From positions 1 to 23,063 of the forward strand of contig DAOWGI010000028.1 of NCBI GenBank assembly GCA_030637655.1: a DNA stretch of 23,063 bases, read 5' to 3'. The notes below the pieces were generated by a model. It was given only the letters and a program-made list of their open reading frames with translations. It had not been told where the DNA came from and made no database searches. Position numbers and translations under genes: made by a program. Positions 9,701-16,016 of the stretch are shown here, one piece after another (the first letter of the stretch is position 1; each line of letters begins with the position of its first letter). Source of the DNA: a candidate division FCPU426 bacterium (GTDB lineage Bacteria; Oederibacteriota; JAAXVQ01; JAUVAV01).

Positions 9701-9861
9701 GGCAAACGAATGTGAGCGTACCCTATGTTTTGCGGGGGAGAAATTGGGGAGCGCAGGGCGCTTATGATGATACACTGCGTGAAAACAATTATATACCAAA
9801 CGAGGAGAACACTAAGAAATTCCGGCGTAAGGCCATCAAGGTATTTGCCGGCGCAGCGTAA
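745..9861 (+). CDS. Giant multi-pass membrane mosaic protein, main part (first ATG 787, 3024 aa; continuous with 1-741 across the TAG)
   Basis: 9.1-kb stop-free frame with hydrophobic clusters (~1710-1815, 2035-2085, 3020-3370, 3785-3835, 5200-5530, 6015-6510, 7400-7790) alternating with charged soluble domains. It contains internal repeats and ends ...KAIKVFAGAA-TAA. No clear SD precedes ATG 787. Confidence 0.9.
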   Translation, partial: EELQKFRTEREKYRMKEFVDFINTVGAIRESPTNEVDYIESEMYALDEYLNQVEYFYRLADERSIHFVDNIIRKMDDLDEKLAVMINGGFHADIDLAELKRRDITHVSIKPRVTRQDVVNPYFELLQDRQTPLEKLLAKNQTIMAIMCGWSKQGFRQETALSVKTFAYAIEADESSNPNFEEQFLEYKKDHNITELFKIKEPEAAKLKIKLPNGVKACHALIKGKSEINMVMLITRKDLFSEAGLQKMGSVDTKPIGKYHLSLFSTEKQAAKATQAISVRNQRVSVFTKIGEMAKTVFKIPARIVSFLFKLPSRVRTISIQAWLSTAIGIALAIYTITGNVPGLMAVVSLIVSVYIYEKNVDNWNISFAGVPRVIEQGIVEVGQKTKLVSLNEGRSGDQDLPEKITSGSTIPAKYEKKRALVSTFLQLNKWIMVVILAASLTFTQGCIFTIKMKYYGMTRPGILEKRETLLPRFNSRIISKYPKISKGEKFTPQEKEKVLQELIEVISKNKFLAVKANRGIKGLPRFYNSNYYLENLNSIIVEAWGGYDALNEALLHAEGSEFERSEINIIQIAPEDLVRAGQDPLKYEKKTINLPKGSFSAHLEEFTFEEINRIWKFWYRECTYRLKNPRKFFRFMHLIEKSRKSKSEFIKKMISDGHSEAVAKTIGTFLEKVSKIMPQLEFSDNPMKFIMDEITTMRDKKKNKETAPGTKTGGFMSLGLDGNVKKLLKKFSEDPGKQLKGFREQVLFKSPIWELWWQAFGLLPILGGILGIIIANKLGIIAPDDWAIILAGDMFGFFLGFWLAVPIFGQRHLKKGEFNKDIFINAVKLWYIYGISAIVGGLYIPLFLFGGGYFGYLMLIGFVILGGIGTVITHRDINYNKLRNLELEILNSIVKEDRGFVSSINEVISSANKQNKLPSEVMENMLEAAANTKLIKLQTELAKQLLEKEKYKEAAFMAMPSRGKGEPGRMSVEKAAAVQKAKHTGKVQRFLWNLRKTGQILFDSESRLIGRKTLLMFSIITIIVLAAITYRSDKSGQIAEQNQKLNAPIIKRLSLEAKEQGFTVDDQRVAMWKEQLNKHLTASDKKTEEDTILYYSREEAKRRHMALAAILEQLKIKVEELNLPTDEEINNKWKRQLEQGDKGWEARKIIAALLKIWSEHNELNKPVIKRLKSEARSLPGFVMDYREQKKWEKRLNQHTWKLGKWWEEKKIKQDMLRENNEKLNAPIIERLMLEAEKLGLAANQQRVKEWEGRLNQFPNDAHDKRKEKDTIAYELEQEAKWRYMSPARLAAYLKAEAESGYLTVDKNQVAKWTKQLEKDKLPAARRIMDELDRLWALHLKLNEPIIKRLESDAARLGKPLRKDVIRDWERVAEWNKRLNQHTWKWRKEQEEEKIKQDMAKTEPVTETRDERWERVEGPAFRSLKGFPDDPYYKPKATKSGRFMSLGLDGNVKKLLKKFSEDPGEQLKGFREQVLFKSPIWELWWQAAGIVLPALGMIAGAIIEPDYLGIRGFGGMFGIIAGLALGVMFYAQRHVKHSKVSDKTGYYIKALSIYFPYGVLGFVLFVFLSPTFLFNIVFLYMIIGGLLIGIYPTFRNHRSINRDILRELELKILAGIADEEEDEVARSIGGEVILSAFKQKKLPSEVIENMLKSTANPEVVDPNVVDLMSRKQKSLEIPSELVRQVFTEEKYLEMIERLKLTKVSDKDKNDKLRKIQTKLAKQLLEKGKYKEAAFMAMPSRGKGEPGTKDSTILPQAVRWLLAVPLGISGIMMSGFNLWQAPTPGSGLHTTLSVLKVRLFKSKESSFSGKLKWLKAAPMMLMPVMAITMLGTNLFLASWSIIAIPLSLILYIVHTRINKKFLSWLENFFGGSMFFLLVTHIFGGLSIAGEEASAQFSGLYGIDFLIGIGVVAVALIVVSIIYRQMRSKKQMRESSFEKTVPAIGLQDKSDWYKTWRIIEKHFAVLAKTKLNKIRKLDFEDPGNYAEFQLYYLQHPHELHNFNVFINHIQNYWRLAFETAGDTNNILFYKKKEMLRRINIVCLRQYYEDFLQARSDQRIGMRSQGPKPMSLEKYIDLFYTEFIKEEHAQQFIFNHLRKMEIRKGQKFTLNYFVTHHDEIQNEFIEIAKTEAPDLVNKIIENIAEISKRIEKEADFDEGEILKKDCLTFVKQVFGLYSEVKKAPAAESAKFKQPSPLTPGAIASPLAKFFNWTLSQAGRYEGWAVAGFYLIPVMRFILKDAPTVSDFGWLIILPAAVIFVAFLAAHYGWGVLQYDSDEKKYKSSHKLDADQTAYQRFKLALQATMTATVSSLLGLAVVAIIAATGWLGPVALVLAVLAVPFGSWLHERMNLPAERANINFSDTKKYQSLEKLYEDMKIKPQNSKKPLAGHVIGERLSEYVDNIFGKKYNLMKNVRFLIGPAFSVSFQEMNPDAKEDITPEYLKEETVLVISMPKWLWNIAKKDKNIKWWYPFVHYILGIRLKLSLSYLSLEKRFLYKLIESGWDRKGKVLKYILEKSPDVERIIEPRKERPQADKDLPIGLEAFLQICNQELGVSIAGEKLKAELSSDLADENMQQEIKAAKKNPRKRAELFRKHPYWFQKRRVDTMLNAAQSGENTLARMLMPDLDADKSLKTKAEKALSAAIIRGDKVDLQYDFTIADLEMIHLQAFPEMAERLLAEQGDALKNSPVLEMVLKEMKNAEPGKIISISVDDQIRELVKKYQGERKEELTHSFDLGKTADGDSAYAIANTAELEAYKVKTEAGTITFYLSTVGQVKVAKDGDLAEVIRNINSQKQAIKLFAGRDSLAQGIAAVNLKRKLSESAKIKIWISNKLRFGLSSRHSSVAAENPDGYFNYMVEQLEADIQAQMTTAEVKKTFIPFITELKRPGSDVQKAVKAVLKTANQDQETKFQAQEQLAHELRALVTNYSKIFQSENIKENEVLLAENILNIEAFSRFAELMNPIMVVERNYATPDKHGELQSLIEELGIRQTNVSVPYVLRGRNWGAQGAYDDTLRENNYIPNEENTKKFRRKAIKVFAGAA
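2874..3023 (+). repeat. Intragenic direct repeat A, copy 1 (150 bp)
   Basis: Matches 5055-5204 with 5 mismatches and no gaps (offset 2181 bp, in frame). Encodes TKTGGFMSLGLDGNVKKLLKKFSEDPGKQLKGFREQVLFKSPIWELWWQA. Confidence 0.97.
3557..3651 (+). repeat. Intragenic direct repeat B, copy 1 (95 bp)
   Basis: Matches 5888-5982 with 2 mismatches (offset 2331 bp, in frame). Encodes QTELAKQLLEKEKYKEAAFMAMPSRGKGEPG. Confidence 0.97.
3865..4945 (+). repeat. Tandemly duplicated helical repeat domain (2 x ~178 aa, four LNxPIIxRL..W..xLN subunits)
   Basis: AAGCTAAACGCGCCAATTATC occurs at 3877 and 4411 (534 bp apart). AAGCGCTTAAACCARCATACTTGGAAA occurs at 4324 and 4873. KIKQDM occurs twice. Confidence 0.9.
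5055..5204 (+). repeat. Intragenic direct repeat A, copy 2
   Basis: 145/150 identical to 2874-3023. Confidence 0.97.
5888..5982 (+). repeat. Intragenic direct repeat B, copy 2
   Basis: 93/95 identical to 3557-3651. Confidence 0.97.
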
Positions 9862-9892
9862 GCCGGTAGCCGCCTGGGAGGCCGGAAATTTA

Positions 9893-10050
9893 CCTGACGG
9901 ACTTAGGTACAAAATCGAATTTTGAGCCTCTTCCCCCTTTGAAAAAGGGGGATTGAGGGGGATTTTGCATATGAAAGCGGGCGTTTTATTGATTAAATCC
10001 CCCCTGCCCCCTTTACAAAAGGGGGAGAATGACTAAAGTCCGACAGGCTC
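9893..10050. mobile_element. MITE/REP-like composite palindromic element
   Basis: Imperfect outer inverted repeats CCTGACGGACTTAG (9893-9906) and CTAAAGTCCGACAGG (10033-10047). They enclose two inverted units, TCCCCCTTTGAAAAAGGGGGA..AGGGGGATTT (9932-9965) and AAATCCCCCC..CCCCCTTTACAAAAGGGGG (9995-10025). No transposase present. Confidence 0.65.
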
Positions 10051-10086
10051 CTTGTTGCCCTCCTTGCTGCACAGGCTGATTATTAA

Positions 10087-10116
10087 TTGACAAAAAGAAT
10101 GAAAATAAGCTAAAAT
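10087..10116 (+). promoter_or_regulatory. Sigma70-type promoter of rpsU-dnaG-rpoD
   Basis: TTGACA (10087-10092), 18-bp spacer, TAAAAT (10111-10116), in AT-rich context. Confidence 0.7.
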
Positions 10117-10242
10117 ACATCTTTGTTTTCATTTTTCAGGTGTATTATTTTGAGATGCTTTTTAGGATGGGTTACGAGGTTGTGTGCGTAAGCGTCCAGG
10201 GAAAATGAGTATTCTGGCTAGAGAAAGGAGGGATTAAAAGTA

Positions 10243-10428
10243 ATGATTCAAATTCGAGTCAAAGATAGTGAGAATTTTGAGGCTGCCCTCCGTCGGTTCA
10301 AGAAAGAGGTTCAACAGTCAGGCGTTTTGTCCGAAATGCGTCGTCGGGAGCATTATGAAAAACCGAGCGTGAAGAAAAAACTGAAGATTTTAGCAGCCAA
10401 GAAAAAAGCCCGCAAACGCGGAGCCTAA
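10243..10428 (+). CDS. rpsU: 30S ribosomal protein S21
   Basis: Sequence [44 protein letters not shown] upstream, and position before dnaG. Confidence 0.98.
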   Translation: MIQIRVKDSENFEAALRRFKKEVQQSGVLSEMRRREHYEKPSVKKKLKILAAKKKARKRGA

Positions 10429-10489
10429 TTGAGGGAATTATCGCTGATTTTTTTACCAATACAACAATGTAGTTTGGTTAAAACAATTC

Positions 10490-10530
10490 AACAGCCCGGA
10501 ATTTATTTTTCCGGGCTGTTTCCTGTTTTG
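10490..10530 (+). terminator. Intrinsic terminator between rpsU and dnaG
   Basis: 12-bp stem AACAGCCCGGAA / TTCCGGGCTGTT with a 7-nt loop and T-rich tail. Same position as the internal terminator of the E. coli rpsU-dnaG-rpoD operon. Confidence 0.75.
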
Positions 10531-10589
10531 TCCTTTTCAATATTAAGCAAATAATTAGACGGTAGTGATCCAATCCACTGAGGGTACTT

Positions 10590-12395
10590 GTGAGCTCGCA
10601 AGCAGATAAAGAACGTGTACGGGAAGCCAATGACATCGTTGAGGTCGTTTCAGGGTATGTGGCGCTCAAGAACAGCGGGAAAAATTTTAAAGGTCTGTGT
10701 CCCTTTCATAAAGAGAAAACTCCGAGTTTTATGGTCTCACCGGATCGGCAATCTTTTAAATGTTTTGGCTGCGGAGTAGGTGGAGATGTTTTTGAATTTT
10801 TGATGCGCGTGGATGGTCTCACATTTCCGGAAGCCATGCAGCAGCTGGCCATTCGGGGACGGGTGGAATTGACCCCATATCAGAAATCAGAGGACACCGA
10901 AGCTGACCGCTTGCAGCGAAAGCTCTACCCGGTTATGGCCTGGGCAGTGGAACGTTTTCAAAAAGGCCTGGCATCCTCAGAGGTCGGGTCCGAAGCACGG
11001 GTATATTTTGAAAAAAGAAAACTCACGCCGGCCTTGATCGAAAAATTCGGCTTAGGGTTCGCGCCGGCCGGTTGGGACAATATTTTGCGCGCCGGCGCGC
11101 GCGATCATTATTCGCGGGAAATTTTAGAACAAGCCGGTCTGCTGATCAGCAAAGAAGGCACTGACAAAGTCTACGATCGTTTTCGGACCAGAGTGATGTT
11201 TCCGATTTTTGATCTGCAAGGACGACCGGTTGCCTTTGGCGGCAGGCTCCTGGTTCCGGGTGAACCGAAATACTTAAACTCTCCGGAAACTCCGGTGTTT
11301 CATAAAGGGGAATTATTGTACGCGCTGAATTTTGCGCGGGACCGTGCGCGTGAGAACAAGCGTCTGATATTAACTGAAGGGTACATGGATGTGATTGCCT
11401 GTCATGGCGCGGATGTTACGGAAACCGTGGCTTCCTTGGGAACCTCTTTGACCACGCAACAGGCCAAATTGATCAAGCGTTATGTCAACCGGGTCATTTT
11501 ACTTTATGATATGGATGCTGCCGGTTTGCAAGCCTCGATCCGGGCTTTTGAAAATTTAAACCAAGTGGGAGTACAGGTTCGGGTAGCGGAGCTGCCGGAT
11601 GCCAAGGATCCGGATGAATTTATCCATACGCAGGGTGTTGAGGCTTTCCAATTTCAACTGGACAACACACTGAGTATTGTGGAGTTTGTGCTCAATGCTG
11701 CTTGCCAACGCCATGTTTTGGATTCGGTGGATGGAAAACTGGCTGTTTTGGGTGAGGTTGGGCCTCTGATTTTCCAATTTCCCAAGAATGGGGTAGAAAG
11801 GGGAGAGTATATCCATTTGGTGGCAGAACGTTTGCGCTTGCTGGACAGTCAGGTGATCGTTGAACTGGAGCGCCTGGGTAACGCAGCGCCTGTTTTTCGG
11901 GGCAAACAGGAAAAAAACGAGAAAACACAAATTCACGGTTTGGCCAGGACCTGCAAAGCCATTGAGGAAGTGCTTATTTCCATACTTCTGCAATTTCCTA
12001 TGGAAATAGAGGCTTTTCGTGAGGTGCTGCGGCCGGAAAGCTTTGCGGTTGCGGAATATCGTGAATTGATGGAAAAAATTCTGGCTGCCGAGCCGGTGGA
12101 TCCGGATGATGAGGAATTGTGGTTCCCGAGTGTTAGTGAGCATTGGCCTTTGGATATCTCAGAATTAGCCAAGCGTTTGAGCGCTATGGATCGCGGGACC
12201 GAGGAACCGGAGCGTGTGGTGAGGGATTGCCTGAACCGTCTCCAGGTGATGGAATTGCAGGGGCAACTCAATGAGATTCAAATTCGGATTAAGGAAGCAG
12301 AAAAGAATGGGGATATGGAAACTTGGAAGCAGAGGGCCCAGGAAAAAATCGAGCTGGCAGCCCGGATCAAGCAATTCGGAGTGATTTGGAAATAG
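10590..12395 (+). CDS. dnaG: DNA primase
   Basis: CHC2 zinc finger (CPFHKEKTPSF...CFGC), YDRFRTRVMFPI, PKYLNSPET, and TOPRIM motifs EGYMDVI and YDMDAAG. GTG start, TAG stop. Confidence 0.98.
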   Translation: MSSQADKERVREANDIVEVVSGYVALKNSGKNFKGLCPFHKEKTPSFMVSPDRQSFKCFGCGVGGDVFEFLMRVDGLTFPEAMQQLAIRGRVELTPYQKSEDTEADRLQRKLYPVMAWAVERFQKGLASSEVGSEARVYFEKRKLTPALIEKFGLGFAPAGWDNILRAGARDHYSREILEQAGLLISKEGTDKVYDRFRTRVMFPIFDLQGRPVAFGGRLLVPGEPKYLNSPETPVFHKGELLYALNFARDRARENKRLILTEGYMDVIACHGADVTETVASLGTSLTTQQAKLIKRYVNRVILLYDMDAAGLQASIRAFENLNQVGVQVRVAELPDAKDPDEFIHTQGVEAFQFQLDNTLSIVEFVLNAACQRHVLDSVDGKLAVLGEVGPLIFQFPKNGVERGEYIHLVAERLRLLDSQVIVELERLGNAAPVFRGKQEKNEKTQIHGLARTCKAIEEVLISILLQFPMEIEAFREVLRPESFAVAEYRELMEKILAAEPVDPDDEELWFPSVSEHWPLDISELAKRLSAMDRGTEEPERVVRDCLNRLQVMELQGQLNEIQIRIKEAEKNGDMETWKQRAQEKIELAARIKQFGVIWK

Positions 12396-12437
12396 GCGAA
12401 AAAAAGTGATTTTTCAAGCATTTTTTTAATAAGAGTC

Positions 12438-12465
12438 TTGACTCAACAAAAGTATAGGTTAGAAT
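12438..12465 (+). promoter_or_regulatory. Probable internal sigma70 promoter for rpoD
   Basis: TTGACT (12438-12443), 16-bp spacer, TAGAAT (12460-12465), with an A/T tract upstream. Confidence 0.55.
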
Positions 12466-12497
12466 AGGGACCCATTATTTAAAGTGAGGATACGCAG

Positions 12498-14270
12498 ATG
12501 GCCAAAGAAACAGAAAAGAAAACCATCAAACTTGGTGAAGTTGAAAAGCTACTTGAGAAGGGTAGAAAAAAAGGGTATTTAACATATTCCGATGTAAATA
12601 ATTTACTTCCTTCGGAGGTGGTTTCGTCCGAACAGATTGATGATGTTCTGATAATGCTGGGTGAGAATGACATTGAACTGGTGGATGCTGAAAAAGAGTC
12701 CAAAAAGGATGATAAAATTTCGATTGTGAGTGAATTGGAAGAAGCGGAATTTGAATCCTCGGCAGCGGCTTCAGTAGATGAAACCCGTTCTGATGATCCG
12801 GTGCGTATGTATTTGCATGAGATGGGACGTGTCCCGCTCTTGACCCGTGAACAGGAAGTGCGATTGGCCAAGCGAATTGAAGCGCAGGAATTGCGCGTGG
12901 AAAAAGCAGTGTTGGAAGCGCCCAGGTCCTTGCATGACATTAAAAATTTACATGAAAAAATTATGCGTGGAAAAATACTGGCTTCGGAAATTGTGAAGCA
13001 TACTATAGAGGGTGAGATCTCGCCTGCAGCAGAACGAAGCATGACCTCGTCAGTAAAGCGTGAGATCAAATCAGCCATAACTCATGATCAGAAAGCGCGG
13101 AAATTGCAGGAGCGCTTACAAAAACCGAAGCTCTCAGACACGCAGCGACGGACCCTGGAAAAACAACAGCAGCAAGCTTCTTTCAAACGGTTCAAAAGCC
13201 TGAAAAATATTAATTTGAACCAGGTGGAAATGGCCGAGCTGATTGATAAAATTAAGAACGTGGCCAATCAAGCCAAAACAGCCAAACGTAAAATGGAGAG
13301 TTTGCTTCGCCGGCACCGTATTAAAGCGGATGCAGTCAAGGGTATAGCTAAAACACTTAAAGGCACTCCGCGGGAAATTAAGAAACTGGAACGCGAGACC
13401 AAGTGTAAAACGGATGAGTGGCAGATTTTTATTGAGGCCTATCAGGATGAGAATCGCAAATTGCAACGTGCTGCCAATGACGCGCAGATGGAAGTGGTTG
13501 ACCTGATACTGTTGGTCACGGAAATTGAGGAGGGTGAAGCCGCGGCGTATAAAGCGCGTATGGAATTGGTGGAAGCCAACTTGCGCTTGGTTGTATCTAT
13601 TGCGAAAAAATACACTAACCGGGGTTTGCAATTTTTGGACTTGATCCAGGAAGGAAACATCGGTCTGATGCGGGCAGTAGAGCGCTTTGAGTATCGCCGG
13701 GGATATAAATTTTCCACCTACGCGACCTGGTGGATTCGGCAAGCCATTACCCGTGCGATTGCCGATCAGGCAAGAACCATTCGTATTCCAGTGCACATGA
13801 TTGAGACCATTAACAAATTAATCAAAGTCTCCCGGGATTTGGTGCAAATGCACGGTCGTGAACCATTACCCGAGGAAATTGCCAAAAAGATGATCATGCC
13901 GGTGGAAAAAGTCCGCGGTATTTTGAAAATTGCCCAGCAGCCGATTTCTCTGGAAACACCGATTGGCGAGGAAAAAGATTCTCATTTGGGAGATTTCTTG
14001 GAAGATAAAGATGTGGTATCGCCGGCCAATGCGGCGGCTTTTCTTTTACTGCAGGAACAAATAAGCAAAGTGTTGCATACCCTGAAAGATCGGGAAGCAG
14101 AAGTGCTTCGCTTGCGTTTTGGGATTGGTGATGGTTATCCGCATACCTTGGAGGAAGTTGGGAATATTTTTAATGTAACCCGTGAACGGGTGCGGCAAAT
14201 TGAGGCCAAGGCCTTGCGCAAATTGCGTCATCCTTCACGCAGCCGAAAATTAAAGGGGTATTTGGATTGA
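12498..14270 (+). CDS. rpoD: RNA polymerase primary sigma factor (with region 1.1 and non-conserved region)
   Basis: [55 protein letters not shown] and [22 protein letters not shown] motifs. Confidence 0.99.
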   Translation: MAKETEKKTIKLGEVEKLLEKGRKKGYLTYSDVNNLLPSEVVSSEQIDDVLIMLGENDIELVDAEKESKKDDKISIVSELEEAEFESSAAASVDETRSDDPVRMYLHEMGRVPLLTREQEVRLAKRIEAQELRVEKAVLEAPRSLHDIKNLHEKIMRGKILASEIVKHTIEGEISPAAERSMTSSVKREIKSAITHDQKARKLQERLQKPKLSDTQRRTLEKQQQQASFKRFKSLKNINLNQVEMAELIDKIKNVANQAKTAKRKMESLLRRHRIKADAVKGIAKTLKGTPREIKKLERETKCKTDEWQIFIEAYQDENRKLQRAANDAQMEVVDLILLVTEIEEGEAAAYKARMELVEANLRLVVSIAKKYTNRGLQFLDLIQEGNIGLMRAVERFEYRRGYKFSTYATWWIRQAITRAIADQARTIRIPVHMIETINKLIKVSRDLVQMHGREPLPEEIAKKMIMPVEKVRGILKIAQQPISLETPIGEEKDSHLGDFLEDKDVVSPANAAAFLLLQEQISKVLHTLKDREAEVLRLRFGIGDGYPHTLEEVGNIFNVTRERVRQIEAKALRKLRHPSRSRKLKGYLD

Positions 14271-14293
14271 TGTGTGGGATTGAGCATTTGAGT

Positions 14294-14338
14294 AGTTGAA
14301 CAGTAGACCGCAGGTTCGCTTTACTCTACTGTTCAACT
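14294..14338 (+). terminator. Stem-loop after rpoD (terminator or processing hairpin)
   Basis: Perfect 14-bp inverted repeat AGTTGAACAGTAGA / TCTACTGTTCAACT with a 17-nt loop and weak U-tract. Confidence 0.5.
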
Positions 14339-14383
14339 GTTCTCGTGTTCATTTGCTCTGCAATTTTGCAGAGCAAAATTGCA

Positions 14384-14459
<76 letters not shown>

Positions 14460-14534
14460 AATTTCCGCCGCCGGCGGAAATTTGGAGAATTTGAACCTTG
14501 TTTCAAATTCTTAATTTAATCAAGGATTCCCATC

Positions 14535-14951
14535 ATGCGTGAGATCTACAACCGTTTCGCTGTAGCGTATTTGGCCGGTGCAATCGGCGGCCTGGCATAT
14601 GCTTTGATCGCCTGGTTATGCGATCAGTGGCAGTTGTTTGAGCTGCTTTCCGTAAAAATGAGTGTGACGCATCTTTCCTGGTCCTATCTGGCAGAACGGA
14701 TTTTAAAAGGTTCGCTCTGGGCTCTGTTGCTGGTTTTGCTGGGTCCGTTTTTCAAAGCCCGGGGTGCCTTGTTGGGTTTGATCTTGAGTCTGTTACCAAG
14801 TGCATATGTATTATTTATCTATTATCCCAGTCAGAACTTGGGTATTCTAGGGTTTTCCAAAGGTGCTTTAACCTTTCTTTTTGTTCTTCTTTTCAATGCC
14901 TGCTGGGGTTTTATTGCCGGTGGTATTTATGCCAGTCATTATCGTTCTTGA
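14535..14951 (+). CDS. Hypothetical 4-TM membrane protein
   Basis: 138 aa with four hydrophobic segments and AAGGA SD upstream. Confidence 0.85.
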   Translation: MREIYNRFAVAYLAGAIGGLAYALIAWLCDQWQLFELLSVKMSVTHLSWSYLAERILKGSLWALLLVLLGPFFKARGALLGLILSLLPSAYVLFIYYPSQNLGILGFSKGALTFLFVLLFNACWGFIAGGIYASHYRS

Positions 14952-14983
14952 TTATTAAATTAAAAATACAAAATTCAATTAAC

Positions 14984-15074
14984 GGGCGCACTCAGTGCGC
15001 CCCTACGGTTATTGATTTTTATTTTTAAGGGCGAACATACCCAAAAGACGGGCACAGGCAAGGTTCGCCCCTAC
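14984..15074 (-). repeat. Two GTAG-type REP-like palindromes
   Basis: GGGCGCAC-TCA-GTGCGCCC-CTAC (14984-15006) and GGGCGAAC...GTTCGCCC-CTAC (15029-15074). On the minus strand both read GTAG followed by a hairpin. Confidence 0.8.
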
Positions 15075-15115
15075 TGACTCCTGAATTCTGTTTTCTGAAT
15101 TCTGTATTCTGCCTT
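15074..15115. repeat. Degenerate 7-nt tandem repeat (CTGAATT-like, x6)
   Basis: ctgactc ctgaatt ctgtttt ctgaatt ctgtatt ctgcctt. Confidence 0.75.
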
Positions 15116-15220
15116 TCTCTGTGTATATCCGTGATTATTTATTTTGATTTTTCGGGTATTAAGGTTGCCCGGATTTGACCGAATCTATAATCGAATATAA
15201 TCCCTGAAGGCGGTGCACGG

Positions 15221-15919
15221 ATGTCCAGAACACACAAACCCGGTGAGCGCGTGGAGTCTTGGGGGGGGCGGCTGGATCAAAACCAATCGACAAATCAGGC
15301 TATAAACGCGGATTATAAGCATGTTTTGGAATTTTTACATCCCCGAGCAGGAGAATCCTTATTGGATGTTGGCTGTGGATATGGCCGGATGTTGGCAGCT
15401 GCCCTGGCCTTGGGCTTGAACAGCACTGGCATTGAGGATACTCCCGAAGCAGCCGCGGTAAGCCAAAAAAATGCACCGGACGCGAAAATTGTGGTGGGCA
15501 GTGATGTGGAACTGCCGTTTGAAGACAATCATTTTGATCTGGTCACAGCACTTAGTTTTTCGGATTATTTTTCGGATCCGGAAGAGGGGTTTGAAGAGAT
15601 TCGACGGGTCTTAAAATTTGGCGGACGGGCCTGCATTTTTTTGCCTAATTCAGATTTTATAGGCGCAAATAATAAATATTGCAAAACCAGATATACGCAG
15701 CCTGAGTCGGCACTTGTGTTTTCCTTGAAAGTATGGAAAAAAATGATTGAGGAATCCGGCCTGAAAATTGTCTCAGTACGTACCAGTACGCCTCAGCTGG
15801 GTCAGCAACAATCTGATTCCTGGAAAGGACGGTTAGCTCGATTTCTAACACTCCTGATGTGGCGAATTATGCCGTTGAAGTGGAGTTGTCAGTTTGTCTG
15901 TTATTGCTATAAAGATTGA
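15221..15919 (+). CDS. Class I SAM-dependent methyltransferase (Methyltransf_11-like)
   Basis: Motif I LLDVGCGYG, LPFEDNHFDLV and EIRRVLKFGG. Confidence 0.92.
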   Translation: MSRTHKPGERVESWGGRLDQNQSTNQAINADYKHVLEFLHPRAGESLLDVGCGYGRMLAAALALGLNSTGIEDTPEAAAVSQKNAPDAKIVVGSDVELPFEDNHFDLVTALSFSDYFSDPEEGFEEIRRVLKFGGRACIFLPNSDFIGANNKYCKTRYTQPESALVFSLKVWKKMIEESGLKIVSVRTSTPQLGQQQSDSWKGRLARFLTLLMWRIMPLKWSCQFVCYCYKD

Positions 15920-16016
15920 AAAACAGTCACCGCTTAAAAACCTAAATAACCACAGATGAACACTGATAAATTGAAAATAAAATTCAAAATTTAAAATGTA
16001 TGCTAAAATTTCTCTT

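Noticed and set aside
586-9912. Minus-strand and alternate-frame ORFs overlapping the giant gene (e.g. 586-1017, 4476-4961, 5532-6317)
   Set aside because: Antisense shadows of a long coding frame, with Ser/Phe/Leu-rich composition, no motifs and no SD.
11556-14231. Long antisense ORFs over dnaG and rpoD (195-220 aa)
   Set aside because: Typical mirror frames of conserved genes, with no independent evidence.
15165-15201. Promoter for the methyltransferase (TTGCCC or TTGACC with two TATAAT boxes)
   Set aside because: Both pairings give 15-bp spacers; plausible but not well enough supported to call.
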